Shown here one piece after another: positions 28,891-36,998 of a stretch of 64,000 nt of DNA. A program made the position numbers and the translations under genes. The stretch is from Kiritimatiellia bacterium (GTDB lineage: Bacteria; Verrucomicrobiota; Kiritimatiellia; RFP12; UBA1067). The notes under the pieces are model-generated. The model did no database searches. It was not told the origin of the DNA and saw only the letters and a list, made by a program, of their open reading frames with translations. The stretch covers positions 11,438 through 75,437 of the forward strand of contig JAFXXW010000010.1 of NCBI GenBank assembly GCA_017542055.1, read 5' to 3'. Each line of letters starts with the position of its first letter. The stretch's first letter is position 1.

Positions 28891-30158
28891 AACTTAAAGG
28901 ATGGCTGGGTCTCGCGGCGCTGTTGGCGGTTTCTTCCGCCGGGGCCAAACCGATGCTGGCGGGACAATACGAGCTCGCGGACGAGGGCAAGGTCAAGCTC
29001 AAGGTGTTGGCGCACTCGCGCGGAATTCCCCCGCCCACGCCGTCCGCGAGAATCATGACCTACACGCGGGGAGCCGAAAAGCGCACCGAAAAAGTCTACG
29101 ACGAGCTGGAAGTCGCCTACGCCAAGGAGCTGGTGGGCATGTGGCGCGACAAGAACGGCAACGAAATGCGCCTGGCGCGTCCCGGCAAGTATCCTTGGGG
29201 CGACAACGTCAAGTACAAGACGGAGCGTACGATGCCGGACGGCACCGTGTATTATATCGACTTTTCCTTTGCGGAAGACGTTCCGGCGGCCCAGGCGGAG
29301 CGACTTTTGAAGGACGCGGCCGCCTCGCTTTCCGCCAAGACTACCGGTATGAACACCGCCTATTCGGCCATGAAGTGGTGGACGTCCGAAAACGAGCTCT
29401 ACAAGTTCATGACCGACCTAGACAAGGCCAAGGGCGGCAAGTTCGTCACCGACACGATGCGACTCATGGCCGCCATGCGCAAGAGCTACGAGTTTTACGT
29501 GCCGCCCACGAACCAGGTGGGACTGAGTACGGTGCGCGTATTCAAGACCAAGGCCGGCTACGACGAGTATTTGAAGGAGATCGACTGCGACATGGAGTGG
29601 AGCATCGGTCTCTGGTCGCCGGCCCGGGAGGAGTTGTTGGTGGCGGCCGAGGATCGGCAACAGGCGCTCAAAACGATGCGCCACGAAGCGTTCCACCAGT
29701 ATCTCTACTATGCGCGGGGCGTGGGTCACGCCACCTGGTTCAACGAGGGCCATGCTTGCTTTTTCGAGAACGTCAAGTACAATCCCGCGCAGAACACGGT
29801 GAAGATCACCGACCAGAGCGAGCGCGCCAAGTGGGTGGACCGCAACCCCAAGATGTATGCGGCCAACATCAAGAAGATTCTCGCCATGTCGCGCGAGGAG
29901 TTTTATGCCGGCGACGCCAACCGCAACTATTGCACGGCTTGGGCGCTCGTCTATTTTCTGGAGAAGGGCGCCTACACCTCTCCCGTATTCGAGCCCTACC
30001 GGCAAATCGTGCCCAAATATCTGGAACTTACCGCATCCGGCATGGACGGACTCTCCGCCACCGCCCAAGCCTGGCAACTCGTGGCCGATCGCGACGTCGA
30101 GGCCGACTTCCTCAAGTTCTGGAAAGAAAAGCGCAAAGCCGCCCTCAACGCCCGCTAA
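28887..30158 (+). CDS. secreted DUF1570-like putative zinc metallopeptidase
   Basis: Signal peptide MKLKGWLGLAALLAVSSAGA. HExxH in MRHEAFHQYLYY followed by WFNEGHA, as in DUF1570-type proteins. Confidence 0.7.
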   Translation: MKLKGWLGLAALLAVSSAGAKPMLAGQYELADEGKVKLKVLAHSRGIPPPTPSARIMTYTRGAEKRTEKVYDELEVAYAKELVGMWRDKNGNEMRLARPGKYPWGDNVKYKTERTMPDGTVYYIDFSFAEDVPAAQAERLLKDAAASLSAKTTGMNTAYSAMKWWTSENELYKFMTDLDKAKGGKFVTDTMRLMAAMRKSYEFYVPPTNQVGLSTVRVFKTKAGYDEYLKEIDCDMEWSIGLWSPAREELLVAAEDRQQALKTMRHEAFHQYLYYARGVGHATWFNEGHACFFENVKYNPAQNTVKITDQSERAKWVDRNPKMYAANIKKILAMSREEFYAGDANRNYCTAWALVYFLEKGAYTSPVFEPYRQIVPKYLELTASGMDGLSATAQAWQLVADRDVEADFLKFWKEKRKAALNAR

Positions 30159-30170
30159 CCCGTTTCCCCC

Positions 30171-30232
30171 CACTTTCCGCTTGACGGGGAGGGGAGTTGG
30201 GGAGTTTTTGCACTTTCCGGTTGACGGGGAGG
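30171..30232 (+). repeat. two copies of CACTTTCCGSTTGACGGGGAGG (40-bp period), promoter 5'-half remnants
   Basis: 30171-30192 and 30211-30232. The CACTTTCCGCTTGA part is also found immediately upstream of and including the -35 of the rmuC promoter (minus strand, 48023-48007). Confidence 0.75.
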
Positions 30233-30233
30233 A

Positions 30234-30842
30234 TTGCCGCCCCAAGCGGAAATTATTTCTCCCCAACCGGCAACTATCGCCCCTAAGGGAGAGGAAAAAA
30301 GTTCCGCCCAGGAGGAAAAAAGTTCCGCCCAAACGGAAAAAAGTTCCGCCCATCAACATAAAGAACAAATCTTAGAACATAGCACCCCCACCAGTATAGA
30401 CAATTCCAGTAAAGAGGAACGGAAAGACGGGCAGGAAGGGTCGGTAAAGAGGATTAGCATAAAGGGTATTTTTGATGATGAAGACAATCAGCATCTGTCG
30501 GTAGATGTATTGGTAAGTCGAGTCTGTGCGATATGTCGCGATTTTAACGGCGCAGCCTTGCGAAATCTGCATATACCTACCGCATACCTGCCGTATGTGC
30601 GCGATGCTATCGATATGTTTGCCAAAATGCCCAAGGAATCGATAACAAATCACGCCAAGTATCTATACTCCATGTGTAAAAACGCGGCGCAAGGCAAGGC
30701 ACCGATTCCGAACGACAAGATAGTCGAAGAAGTGGGCCAGCTGGAATGCGAGCGGCAGAACAAAATCTCCCATATGCGAGCAACGGTGCTGGCGAGCCAG
30801 CTTAGCATAATTTCCGGCCATAAGTATCCGCAGAACGCCTAA
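30234..30842 (+). CDS. hypothetical protein in a low-GC islet (possible mobile-element remnant; start unclear)
   Basis: Track ORF with a TTG start. The N-terminal third coincides with the DNA tandem repeats. The C-terminal part (..ESITNHAKYLYSMCKNAA..) loosely resembles tails of plasmid/phage replication-organiser HTH proteins; that is my recollection only. Visibly lower G+C than its flanks. Confidence 0.35.
   Translation: MPPQAEIISPQPATIAPKGEEKSSAQEEKSSAQTEKSSAHQHKEQILEHSTPTSIDNSSKEERKDGQEGSVKRISIKGIFDDEDNQHLSVDVLVSRVCAICRDFNGAALRNLHIPTAYLPYVRDAIDMFAKMPKESITNHAKYLYSMCKNAAQGKAPIPNDKIVEEVGQLECERQNKISHMRATVLASQLSIISGHKYPQNA
30293..30352 (+). repeat. 3 x 21-bp direct repeat (core GGAAAAAAGTTCCGCCCA)
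   Basis: Identical 18-nt cores at 30293-30310, 30314-30331 and 30335-30352, giving a period of 21 bp (two helical turns). Confidence 0.9.
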
Positions 30843-30857
30843 GAGGGGTAGGGGCGA

Positions 30858-30944
30858 GGGGGGTGCGTACCCCCCGGGGTGTCGCCCTATAGGGCGAGGG
30901 GGTGACGCCCTATTGGGCGATAGGGGGAGGGGGTGCGCACCCCC
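30858..30944. repeat. cluster of four GC-rich palindromes (REP/BIME-like)
   Basis: GGGGGGTGCGTACCCCCC (30858-30875), CGCCCTATAGGGCG (30883-30896), CGCCCTATTGGGCG (30906-30919), GGGGGTGCGCACCCCC (30929-30944). A related GGGGGGTGCCCACCCCCC lies at 61546-61563. Confidence 0.8.
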
Positions 30945-30970
30945 CCTATGATTTAGGATTTACGATTTTA

Positions 30971-31066
30971 GATTTAGGATTGTATTGAGGGATTGTCGAT
31001 TGGACAATCGCAAATCGAAAATCCAAGATTTTGCTTGATTTTTCGGGCGGAATATGATATAATATA
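30971..31066 (+). repeat. left copy of inverted homologous block (promoter plus upstream region)
   Basis: gatttaggattgtattgagggattgtcgattgg (30971-31003) is identical to the reverse complement of 61407-61439. Homology continues through caatcgcaaatcgaaaa...tccaagatt and the promoter cassette. Confidence 0.9.
31035..31063 (+). promoter_or_regulatory. promoter cassette P3 (TTGATT-17-TATAAT)
   Basis: ttgatt tttcgggcggaatatga tataat. Palindrome CGATTGgaCAATCG at 30997-31010 upstream. Confidence 0.68.
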
Positions 31067-31109
31067 TATTCAACAATGGACAATTGTGTCTGTTGCACGA
31101 AAGGGTAAA

Positions 31110-32081
31110 ATGAGCGAAAGAAACCTGATGACGTACTGTCCGGAAATCAGGACGGTGGACGCCACCTTGCGAGATGGTGGCTTGGTGAACAACTTTGGCT
31201 TCACGGAGGAGTTCGTGAAGGACCTGTATGAAGCCAATATCGCGGCCGGCGTGGACTATATGGAATTCGGCTACCGAGCCAGCAAGAAGATGTTCGACCC
31301 CAAGGATTTCGGCAAGTGGAAATTCTGCGACGAGGCGGACCTTCGCGCGGTCGTGGGCGAGAACGACAGCCCCATGAAGATCGCGGTGATGGCCGATGCG
31401 GGTCGCTGCGACTACAAGACGGACATCCTCGAGCGCAAGGACAGCGTGGTGGACATGATCCGCGTGGCGTGCTACATCCATCAGATTCCGCTCGCCTTGG
31501 ACATGATCGAGGACGCCAAGGCCAAGGGCTACGAGGTGACATGCAACCTGATGGCGGTTTCCAAGGTGAGCACGGAAGACCTGGACCAGGGGCTCAAGAT
31601 TCTCGCCGAGAGCAAGGCCGACGCGGTGTACGTGGTGGACAGTTTCGGCAACTACTACCCCGAGCAGATGCGCAAGCTGGTGGCCAAGTACGTGGACGTG
31701 ATCTGCGGCGCGGGCAAGCAGGTGGGCTTTCACGGCCACAACAACCAGCAGCTCGCTTTCGCCAACACGATCGAAGCGTGCCGGGTGGGCGCGAACTATC
31801 TGGACATGACGGTAAACGGCATGGGCCGGGGCGCGGGCAACTGCTTTTCGGAGCAGCTTTTGAGTTTCCTCAAGAACCCCAAGTACACCGCCATCCCGAT
31901 CATCAACTTCGTGGCCAAGCACATGCTGAAGCTGAAGGCCGAGGGCGTGGTGTGGGGCTACGACATCCCGTACATGCTTACGGGCGTCCTCAACTGCCAT
32001 CCGTCTACCGCCATCAAGTTCATCAAGGACAAGCGCACCGACTACGCGCGGCTGTACGCGGAACTGTCGGAAATGTCGTGA
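31110..32081 (+). CDS. HMGL-like (pyruvate carboxyltransferase-fold) aldolase-family protein
   Basis: VDATLRDGGLVNNF...GVDYMEFGY, a DRE-TIM metallolyase-type N-terminus. ATG 31110 is in frame within track ORF 30993..32081. Confidence 0.78.
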   Translation: MSERNLMTYCPEIRTVDATLRDGGLVNNFGFTEEFVKDLYEANIAAGVDYMEFGYRASKKMFDPKDFGKWKFCDEADLRAVVGENDSPMKIAVMADAGRCDYKTDILERKDSVVDMIRVACYIHQIPLALDMIEDAKAKGYEVTCNLMAVSKVSTEDLDQGLKILAESKADAVYVVDSFGNYYPEQMRKLVAKYVDVICGAGKQVGFHGHNNQQLAFANTIEACRVGANYLDMTVNGMGRGAGNCFSEQLLSFLKNPKYTAIPIINFVAKHMLKLKAEGVVWGYDIPYMLTGVLNCHPSTAIKFIKDKRTDYARLYAELSEMS

Positions 32082-32112
32082 CGGCAAACAACTTAAAACA
32101 AGGAGAACAACC

Positions 32113-33474
32113 ATGAAATTCATGAATCAGGATCAGTATTGCAAAGAGTATATGCGCTATCTCGGCATCGCCAAGACCGAGCGCCGGAGCTATGCGGAGA
32201 GCGAGCGGCTGTTGAAGGCGCGCGGCTTCAAGGAGCTTTCCACCTTCAAGACGCTGAAGCCGGGCGACAAGGTGTATCGCGGCTGGCTGGATCGCACGAT
32301 CATGGCGGCGGTGATCGGCAAGAAGCCCATCAGCGAGGTGGGTCTCAAAGTGGTGGGCCGCCATACCGACGCGCCCCGGCTCGACCTCAAACCGAAACCC
32401 ATCTACGAGAAGGGCGGCTACATCTATTTCGACTGCCACATCTACGGCGGCATCAAGAAGTACCAGTGGCTGGTGAGGCCGCTCGCGATCTACGGCACGA
32501 TCGTGCGCAAGGACGGATCGAAGGTGCAGGTGGAAGTGGGCGACAAGCCCGGCGACCCCATCTTCATGATTTCCGACATCCTGCCGCACCTCGGCTACGA
32601 CCAGGCCAAGAAGACGCGCGACGAGTTCTTCCCGGCCGAGGATCTGGACGTGGTGGCGTGGACCACGCAGAAGAAGGATCCCAAGAAAAAGGTCGAGGAC
32701 AAGGCCGACAAGGACGGTTTCGTGAAGTTCCTCAAGAAGGAATACAACGTGACGGAGGAGGATCTCCTCTCGGCCGAACTCGAGATGGTGCCGGCCGGCA
32801 TGCCCGCCGAATGCGGCTTCGATCGCGCGCTCATCGCCGGCTACGGCCATGACGATCGCGTGTGCTCGTTCGCGGGGCTGCAGGCGCTCCTCGACGCGTC
32901 GGACGAGGTGCCGGAGAAGACGGCCTCGATTTTGATGTGCGACAAGGAGGAGATCGGCTCGGTGGGGTCCACCGGCATGCAGTCGAGCTTCTTCGAGAAC
33001 ACGGTAGCGGAGCTCGTGGAGCGCCAGGAGAAGAACGCCAAGGACATCATGGTGCGGCGCGCGCTCGAGAAGAGCAGCATGCTCTCGGCCGACGTCACCG
33101 CCACCGCCGATCCGCACTTCAGCGATCAGGATTCCACCGGCAACGGCGCCCGGTTCCACAAGGGTCCGGCCGCCAGCAAGTACACGGGCGGCACCTCCAA
33201 GGGCGGCTCGAGCGATTGCAGTCCCGAATTCGTGGCGACGGTGCGCAAGATCATGGACGAGGGCGAGGTGACGTGGCAGATGGCCGAACTCGGCAAGATG
33301 GAGAAGGGCGGCGGCGGAACGATCGCGCAGTACATGGCGCGCTTCGGCATGGACGTGCTGGACATGGGCACCCCGCTCTGGAATATGCATGCGCCGTGCG
33401 AACTCGCGAGCAAATTCGACTGCTACATGACGTACAAGGCGTACAGCGCCTACCTGCGGAGCAAGCTGGGCTGA
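32113..33474 (+). CDS. M18-family aminopeptidase
   Basis: GRHTDAPRLDLKPKP, GYGHDDRVC, CDKEEIGS, MHAPCE, as in aspartyl aminopeptidase-type M18 enzymes. SD AAGGAGAA precedes the ATG. Confidence 0.87.
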   Translation: MKFMNQDQYCKEYMRYLGIAKTERRSYAESERLLKARGFKELSTFKTLKPGDKVYRGWLDRTIMAAVIGKKPISEVGLKVVGRHTDAPRLDLKPKPIYEKGGYIYFDCHIYGGIKKYQWLVRPLAIYGTIVRKDGSKVQVEVGDKPGDPIFMISDILPHLGYDQAKKTRDEFFPAEDLDVVAWTTQKKDPKKKVEDKADKDGFVKFLKKEYNVTEEDLLSAELEMVPAGMPAECGFDRALIAGYGHDDRVCSFAGLQALLDASDEVPEKTASILMCDKEEIGSVGSTGMQSSFFENTVAELVERQEKNAKDIMVRRALEKSSMLSADVTATADPHFSDQDSTGNGARFHKGPAASKYTGGTSKGGSSDCSPEFVATVRKIMDEGEVTWQMAELGKMEKGGGGTIAQYMARFGMDVLDMGTPLWNMHAPCELASKFDCYMTYKAYSAYLRSKLG

Positions 33475-34550
33475 TGCCGATACGGACGATACTGCTCGGC
33501 AACGGCAACCGGGGCCGGGTCTACGCCGACTACATCCGGCGCCATCCCGACCAGTTCGAGCTGGTGGCGGTGGCCGATACGAACGGCAGCGGCGATTACG
33601 GCGATTGGCGCAAGGCTTTGAGCAAGAAGCTGCGCGCCGAGCTGGTGATCGTGGCGCTGCCGGACCGTCTCCACTACGCAGCCGGCAAGCTGGCGCTCAA
33701 AAAAGGGTGCCACGTCCTCATGGAAAAGCCCATCGGCTGCACCTGGGACGAGTGCCGGGGGCTCAAGATGCTGGTGGAGCGGACGGGAAAGTATCTGATT
33801 CCGGGCTATGTGCTCAGGCATACCGACCAGTATCGCAAGGTCAAGGAAATCCTGGAGGCGGGGACGATCGGCGAGGTGCTGAGCATCCACCACCTCAACG
33901 CGGTGAGCTATCCCAAGACGGCGCAGTCGTTCTGTCGCGGACAGTGGGCCAAGACGGACGAGAGCGGGCCGATGATTCTCACCAAGTGCTCGCACGATCT
34001 GGACCTCATCGCGTGGTGGCTGGGCGACAAGGCGATATCGCGCGTGGTCAGCATGGGCCGGACCAAACTGTTCAAGCCGGAGAACGCGCCGGAGGGGTCG
34101 GCCGACACGTGCGGCAGCGACTGTCCGGCCCAGTGCGCGTTCCGGGAGGACGGGGAAAAGTGCGTCTACAAGTGCGGGGCCGACGTGGTGGACTACCAGT
34201 CGACGCTGATCGAGACGGCAGACGGGCCCTTGGTCAACTTCGAGCTGGAGGCCATCACCGCCAGGCGAGGACGGTTCACGCGGTTCTTCGGCTCCAAAGG
34301 GACGATGCTGGTGGACGAGGGGCTCGTACGGGTGCGCGAGTTCGGCAAGGACGAGGTGCAGTACGAGTTCCAGGCGGAAACCGATGCGCATGGAGGCGGG
34401 GACGACGGTATCATGAAGTTCATTTACGAAGAGCTTAAGAGCGGCCGGAACCGGGCCAAGGAGATAGTGGAAGAAACGGTGCTCAGCCACTATCTGGCGT
34501 TCATGGCGGAACTGAGCCGGCGAATCCACAAGGTGGTATGCAAACTGTAA
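33474..34550 (+). CDS. Gfo/Idh/MocA-family oxidoreductase
   Basis: N-terminal Rossmann ILLGNGNRGRVYA and LMEKPIG motif. TGATG overlap upstream. Confidence 0.84.
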   Translation: MPIRTILLGNGNRGRVYADYIRRHPDQFELVAVADTNGSGDYGDWRKALSKKLRAELVIVALPDRLHYAAGKLALKKGCHVLMEKPIGCTWDECRGLKMLVERTGKYLIPGYVLRHTDQYRKVKEILEAGTIGEVLSIHHLNAVSYPKTAQSFCRGQWAKTDESGPMILTKCSHDLDLIAWWLGDKAISRVVSMGRTKLFKPENAPEGSADTCGSDCPAQCAFREDGEKCVYKCGADVVDYQSTLIETADGPLVNFELEAITARRGRFTRFFGSKGTMLVDEGLVRVREFGKDEVQYEFQAETDAHGGGDDGIMKFIYEELKSGRNRAKEIVEETVLSHYLAFMAELSRRIHKVVCKL

Positions 34551-35728
34551 ACGATGGCTTTGCGGCTGCGGCCGGCAAGAGCAGCTTCATCCGCAAGATG
34601 TTCGAAAAGGGACTGGAGCTCAAGGCGCAGTTCGGCGAGGATGCCGTATGCGATTTCAGTCTCGGCAATCCCGACGTGCCTCCGCCTTTGGCGGCGCGTC
34701 CCGCATTGGAAAAAATCGCCCGGGAAGCGGTTGAACCGCTGGGCCTGGGGTACTGTCCCAATGCCGGCATCCCCTACGTGCGCGAGGCGATCGCGTCTTT
34801 CCTGTCCAAGCAGCAGGGAATGGAGCTCGAGGGCCAGGACGTCATCATGACGGTAGGGGCGGCAGGAGCGCTTGTCTGCATCTTTCGCGCCATTCTGGAG
34901 CCGGGCGACGAAGTGCTGGTGCCGAGTCCCTATTTCGTCGAGTACGGCAATTATTGCGGACACTTTGGCGGAACGCTGAGGCCGGTCGAGAGTCGCGAGG
35001 ATTTCAGTCTGGACATGGCGGCGATGAAGGCGGCGATCGGACCCAAGACGCGCGCCATCATCATCAATTCGCCCAACAATCCGACGGGCGCCATCTACGG
35101 CGAGGCGGAACTCGACGAGCTCTGCCGGCTCGTGGAGGAGGAGAACGCCAAGCGCGAAAAGCCGATTTTCCTTTTGAGCGACGAGCCTTACCGGGCGTTC
35201 GCGTTCGACGGGGCTTCAGTTCCGGCCATCCTGCCCAAGACCAAGTTCGCATTGGTGGTGGGGAGTTTCTCGAAGACGCTGTCGATGGCGGGCGAACGCT
35301 TGGGGTATATCGGGGTCAACCCGGCCTTGAGCGAAGCGGATGGCGGCGTACTCGTCTCCACCCTCATCCTCGTCAACCGCACGCTCGGCTTTGTCAATGC
35401 TCCGGTGGTGGGGCAGAAGCTCGCAGCCGAAATCTGCCACGAGACGGTAGACCTGTCCATCTATGCGCGTCGTCGCCAGTTGATGGCGGAAGTGCTGACC
35501 GGAGCCGGCATCGACTTCATCATGCCCAAAGGCGCGTTCTATTTCTTCCCCAAGGCGCCGGGCGGGGATGACGGCAAGTTCGTGGATGCGCTTTTAAAGG
35601 AGCGAATCCTGGCCGTGCCCGGATCGGGCTTTGGACGGGCGGGATATTTCCGTTTGAGTTCGAGCGTGGACGAAAAAATCATCGCCCGTTCGGCCGAAGG
35701 TTTCAAGCGCGCCGTCCAAAATGTATAA
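34538..35728 (+). CDS. class I/II pyridoxal-phosphate aminotransferase (aspartate/alanine type)
   Basis: FSLGNPD, NSPNNPTG, SFSKTLSMAGERLGY (PLP lysine). Confidence 0.9.
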   Translation: MQTVNDGFAAAAGKSSFIRKMFEKGLELKAQFGEDAVCDFSLGNPDVPPPLAARPALEKIAREAVEPLGLGYCPNAGIPYVREAIASFLSKQQGMELEGQDVIMTVGAAGALVCIFRAILEPGDEVLVPSPYFVEYGNYCGHFGGTLRPVESREDFSLDMAAMKAAIGPKTRAIIINSPNNPTGAIYGEAELDELCRLVEEENAKREKPIFLLSDEPYRAFAFDGASVPAILPKTKFALVVGSFSKTLSMAGERLGYIGVNPALSEADGGVLVSTLILVNRTLGFVNAPVVGQKLAAEICHETVDLSIYARRRQLMAEVLTGAGIDFIMPKGAFYFFPKAPGGDDGKFVDALLKERILAVPGSGFGRAGYFRLSSSVDEKIIARSAEGFKRAVQNV

Positions 35729-36998
35729 TCCGTCCGAGCCGCTTGCCGCGAGAATGCGCCCTAGGACCATTGACGAGGTGGTGGGGCAGGAGCACATTCT
35801 GGGCGCGGGCAAGCTCTTGCGGCGCGTGGTCGAGGCCGACCGGCTCACCAACATAATCCTGTACGGACCGCCCGGTTGCGGCAAGACCACATTGGCGGAA
35901 GTGATCGCGCGCTCCACCAAGCGCAATTTCGTGCGGGCGAGCGGAGTTATCAGCAACGTGGCGGAGATTCGCAAAATCTGCGAGCGGGCCATGACCGAAC
36001 TTGGGGGGATGGGCACCATTCTCTTCGTGGACGAGATCCATCGCTTCAACAAGAGCCAGCAGGACGTGCTCCTCCCTTACGTGGAAAACGGCACCGTAGT
36101 GCTCATTGGCGCCACCACCCACAATCCCAATTTCTTCATCAATACGCCGCTTACTTCGCGCAGTCTCGTCTTCGAGCTGAAAGGGCTTTCGCCGGACGAC
36201 ATCGCCAAACTGCTGGACCGGGCGATCGCCGACGAGGAGCGAGGCTACGGCAAGCTCAAGGTGCGGCTGCAGGACGACGCCAAGCGTTTTCTCGCCGAGA
36301 TCTGCGACGGCGATGCGCGCCATGCGTTGACGGCGCTCGAGATCGCGGTCAAGTCCACGCCGGAAAACGCCGAAGGGGAGATCGTGCTCGATCTGGACGC
36401 GATCCAGGAATGCGTGCAGCGCCGCCAGGTGCGGTACGACAAGAAAGAAGACGGCCATTACGATACGATCAGCGCGTTCATCAAGTCCATTCGCGGCACC
36501 GACCCCGATGCGGCCATCTATTGGCTGGGGAAGATGCTGGTGGCGGGCGAAGACCCCCGGTTCATCGCGCGGCGACTCGTGATCAGCGCGTCGGAGGATA
36601 TCGGCAACGCCGATCCCCGGGGACTCAGCGTGGCTGTAGCGGCGATGCAGGCGTGCGAATTCGTCGGTATGCCGGAATGCGCCATCAATCTGGCGCAGGC
36701 CACCACTTATCTCGCGAGCGCGCCCAAGTCCAACGCCAGTTGCCAGGCGATCCACGAGGCGATGGCGGACGTGGAGTCGGGCCGGGTGCAGCCGGTGCCG
36801 GAACACCTCAAGAACAAGCACGTGCGGGCCATCGGGTCGAACGAAGTGACGGAATACAAGTACCCGCACGATTTCGCCAACCATTACGTCAAGCAGGCTT
36901 ATCTGGGCGCGCCGAAGCAATACTATCGTCCTTCGGGGCTCGGGTACGAAGCCACCATTCTCAAAATGCTTTCGCTGCGCAAAGGAGAAAACCAATGA
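35721..36998 (+). CDS. rarA: replication-associated recombination protein A
   Basis: RPRTIDEVVGQEHILG, GPPGCGKTTLA, FVDEIHRFNK, MgsA C-terminal AIYWLGKMLVAGEDPRFIARR. Confidence 0.93.
   Translation: MYNPSEPLAARMRPRTIDEVVGQEHILGAGKLLRRVVEADRLTNIILYGPPGCGKTTLAEVIARSTKRNFVRASGVISNVAEIRKICERAMTELGGMGTILFVDEIHRFNKSQQDVLLPYVENGTVVLIGATTHNPNFFINTPLTSRSLVFELKGLSPDDIAKLLDRAIADEERGYGKLKVRLQDDAKRFLAEICDGDARHALTALEIAVKSTPENAEGEIVLDLDAIQECVQRRQVRYDKKEDGHYDTISAFIKSIRGTDPDAAIYWLGKMLVAGEDPRFIARRLVISASEDIGNADPRGLSVAVAAMQACEFVGMPECAINLAQATTYLASAPKSNASCQAIHEAMADVESGRVQPVPEHLKNKHVRAIGSNEVTEYKYPHDFANHYVKQAYLGAPKQYYRPSGLGYEATILKMLSLRKGENQ

Noticed and set aside
30293-30352. Interpretation of the 21-bp repeats purely as a protein heptad repeat (EEKSSAQ)x3
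   Set aside because: Not fully rejected, but disfavoured. The three 18-nt cores are identical at the nucleotide level, including third positions. The ORF has only a TTG start with a badly spaced SD, and the segment sits among other non-coding repeats.
35876-36994. 5' extension of track ORF 35876..38344 (822 aa) across rarA. Similar extensions: 8983..9309, 9351..9776, 12583..13230, 32862..33473, 54278..55417, 55030..56706, 56711..58015, 58107..59582
   Set aside because: The upstream parts overlap well-supported genes out of frame and are low complexity. In each case a conserved N-terminus begins at an internal ATG that overlaps the upstream stop.
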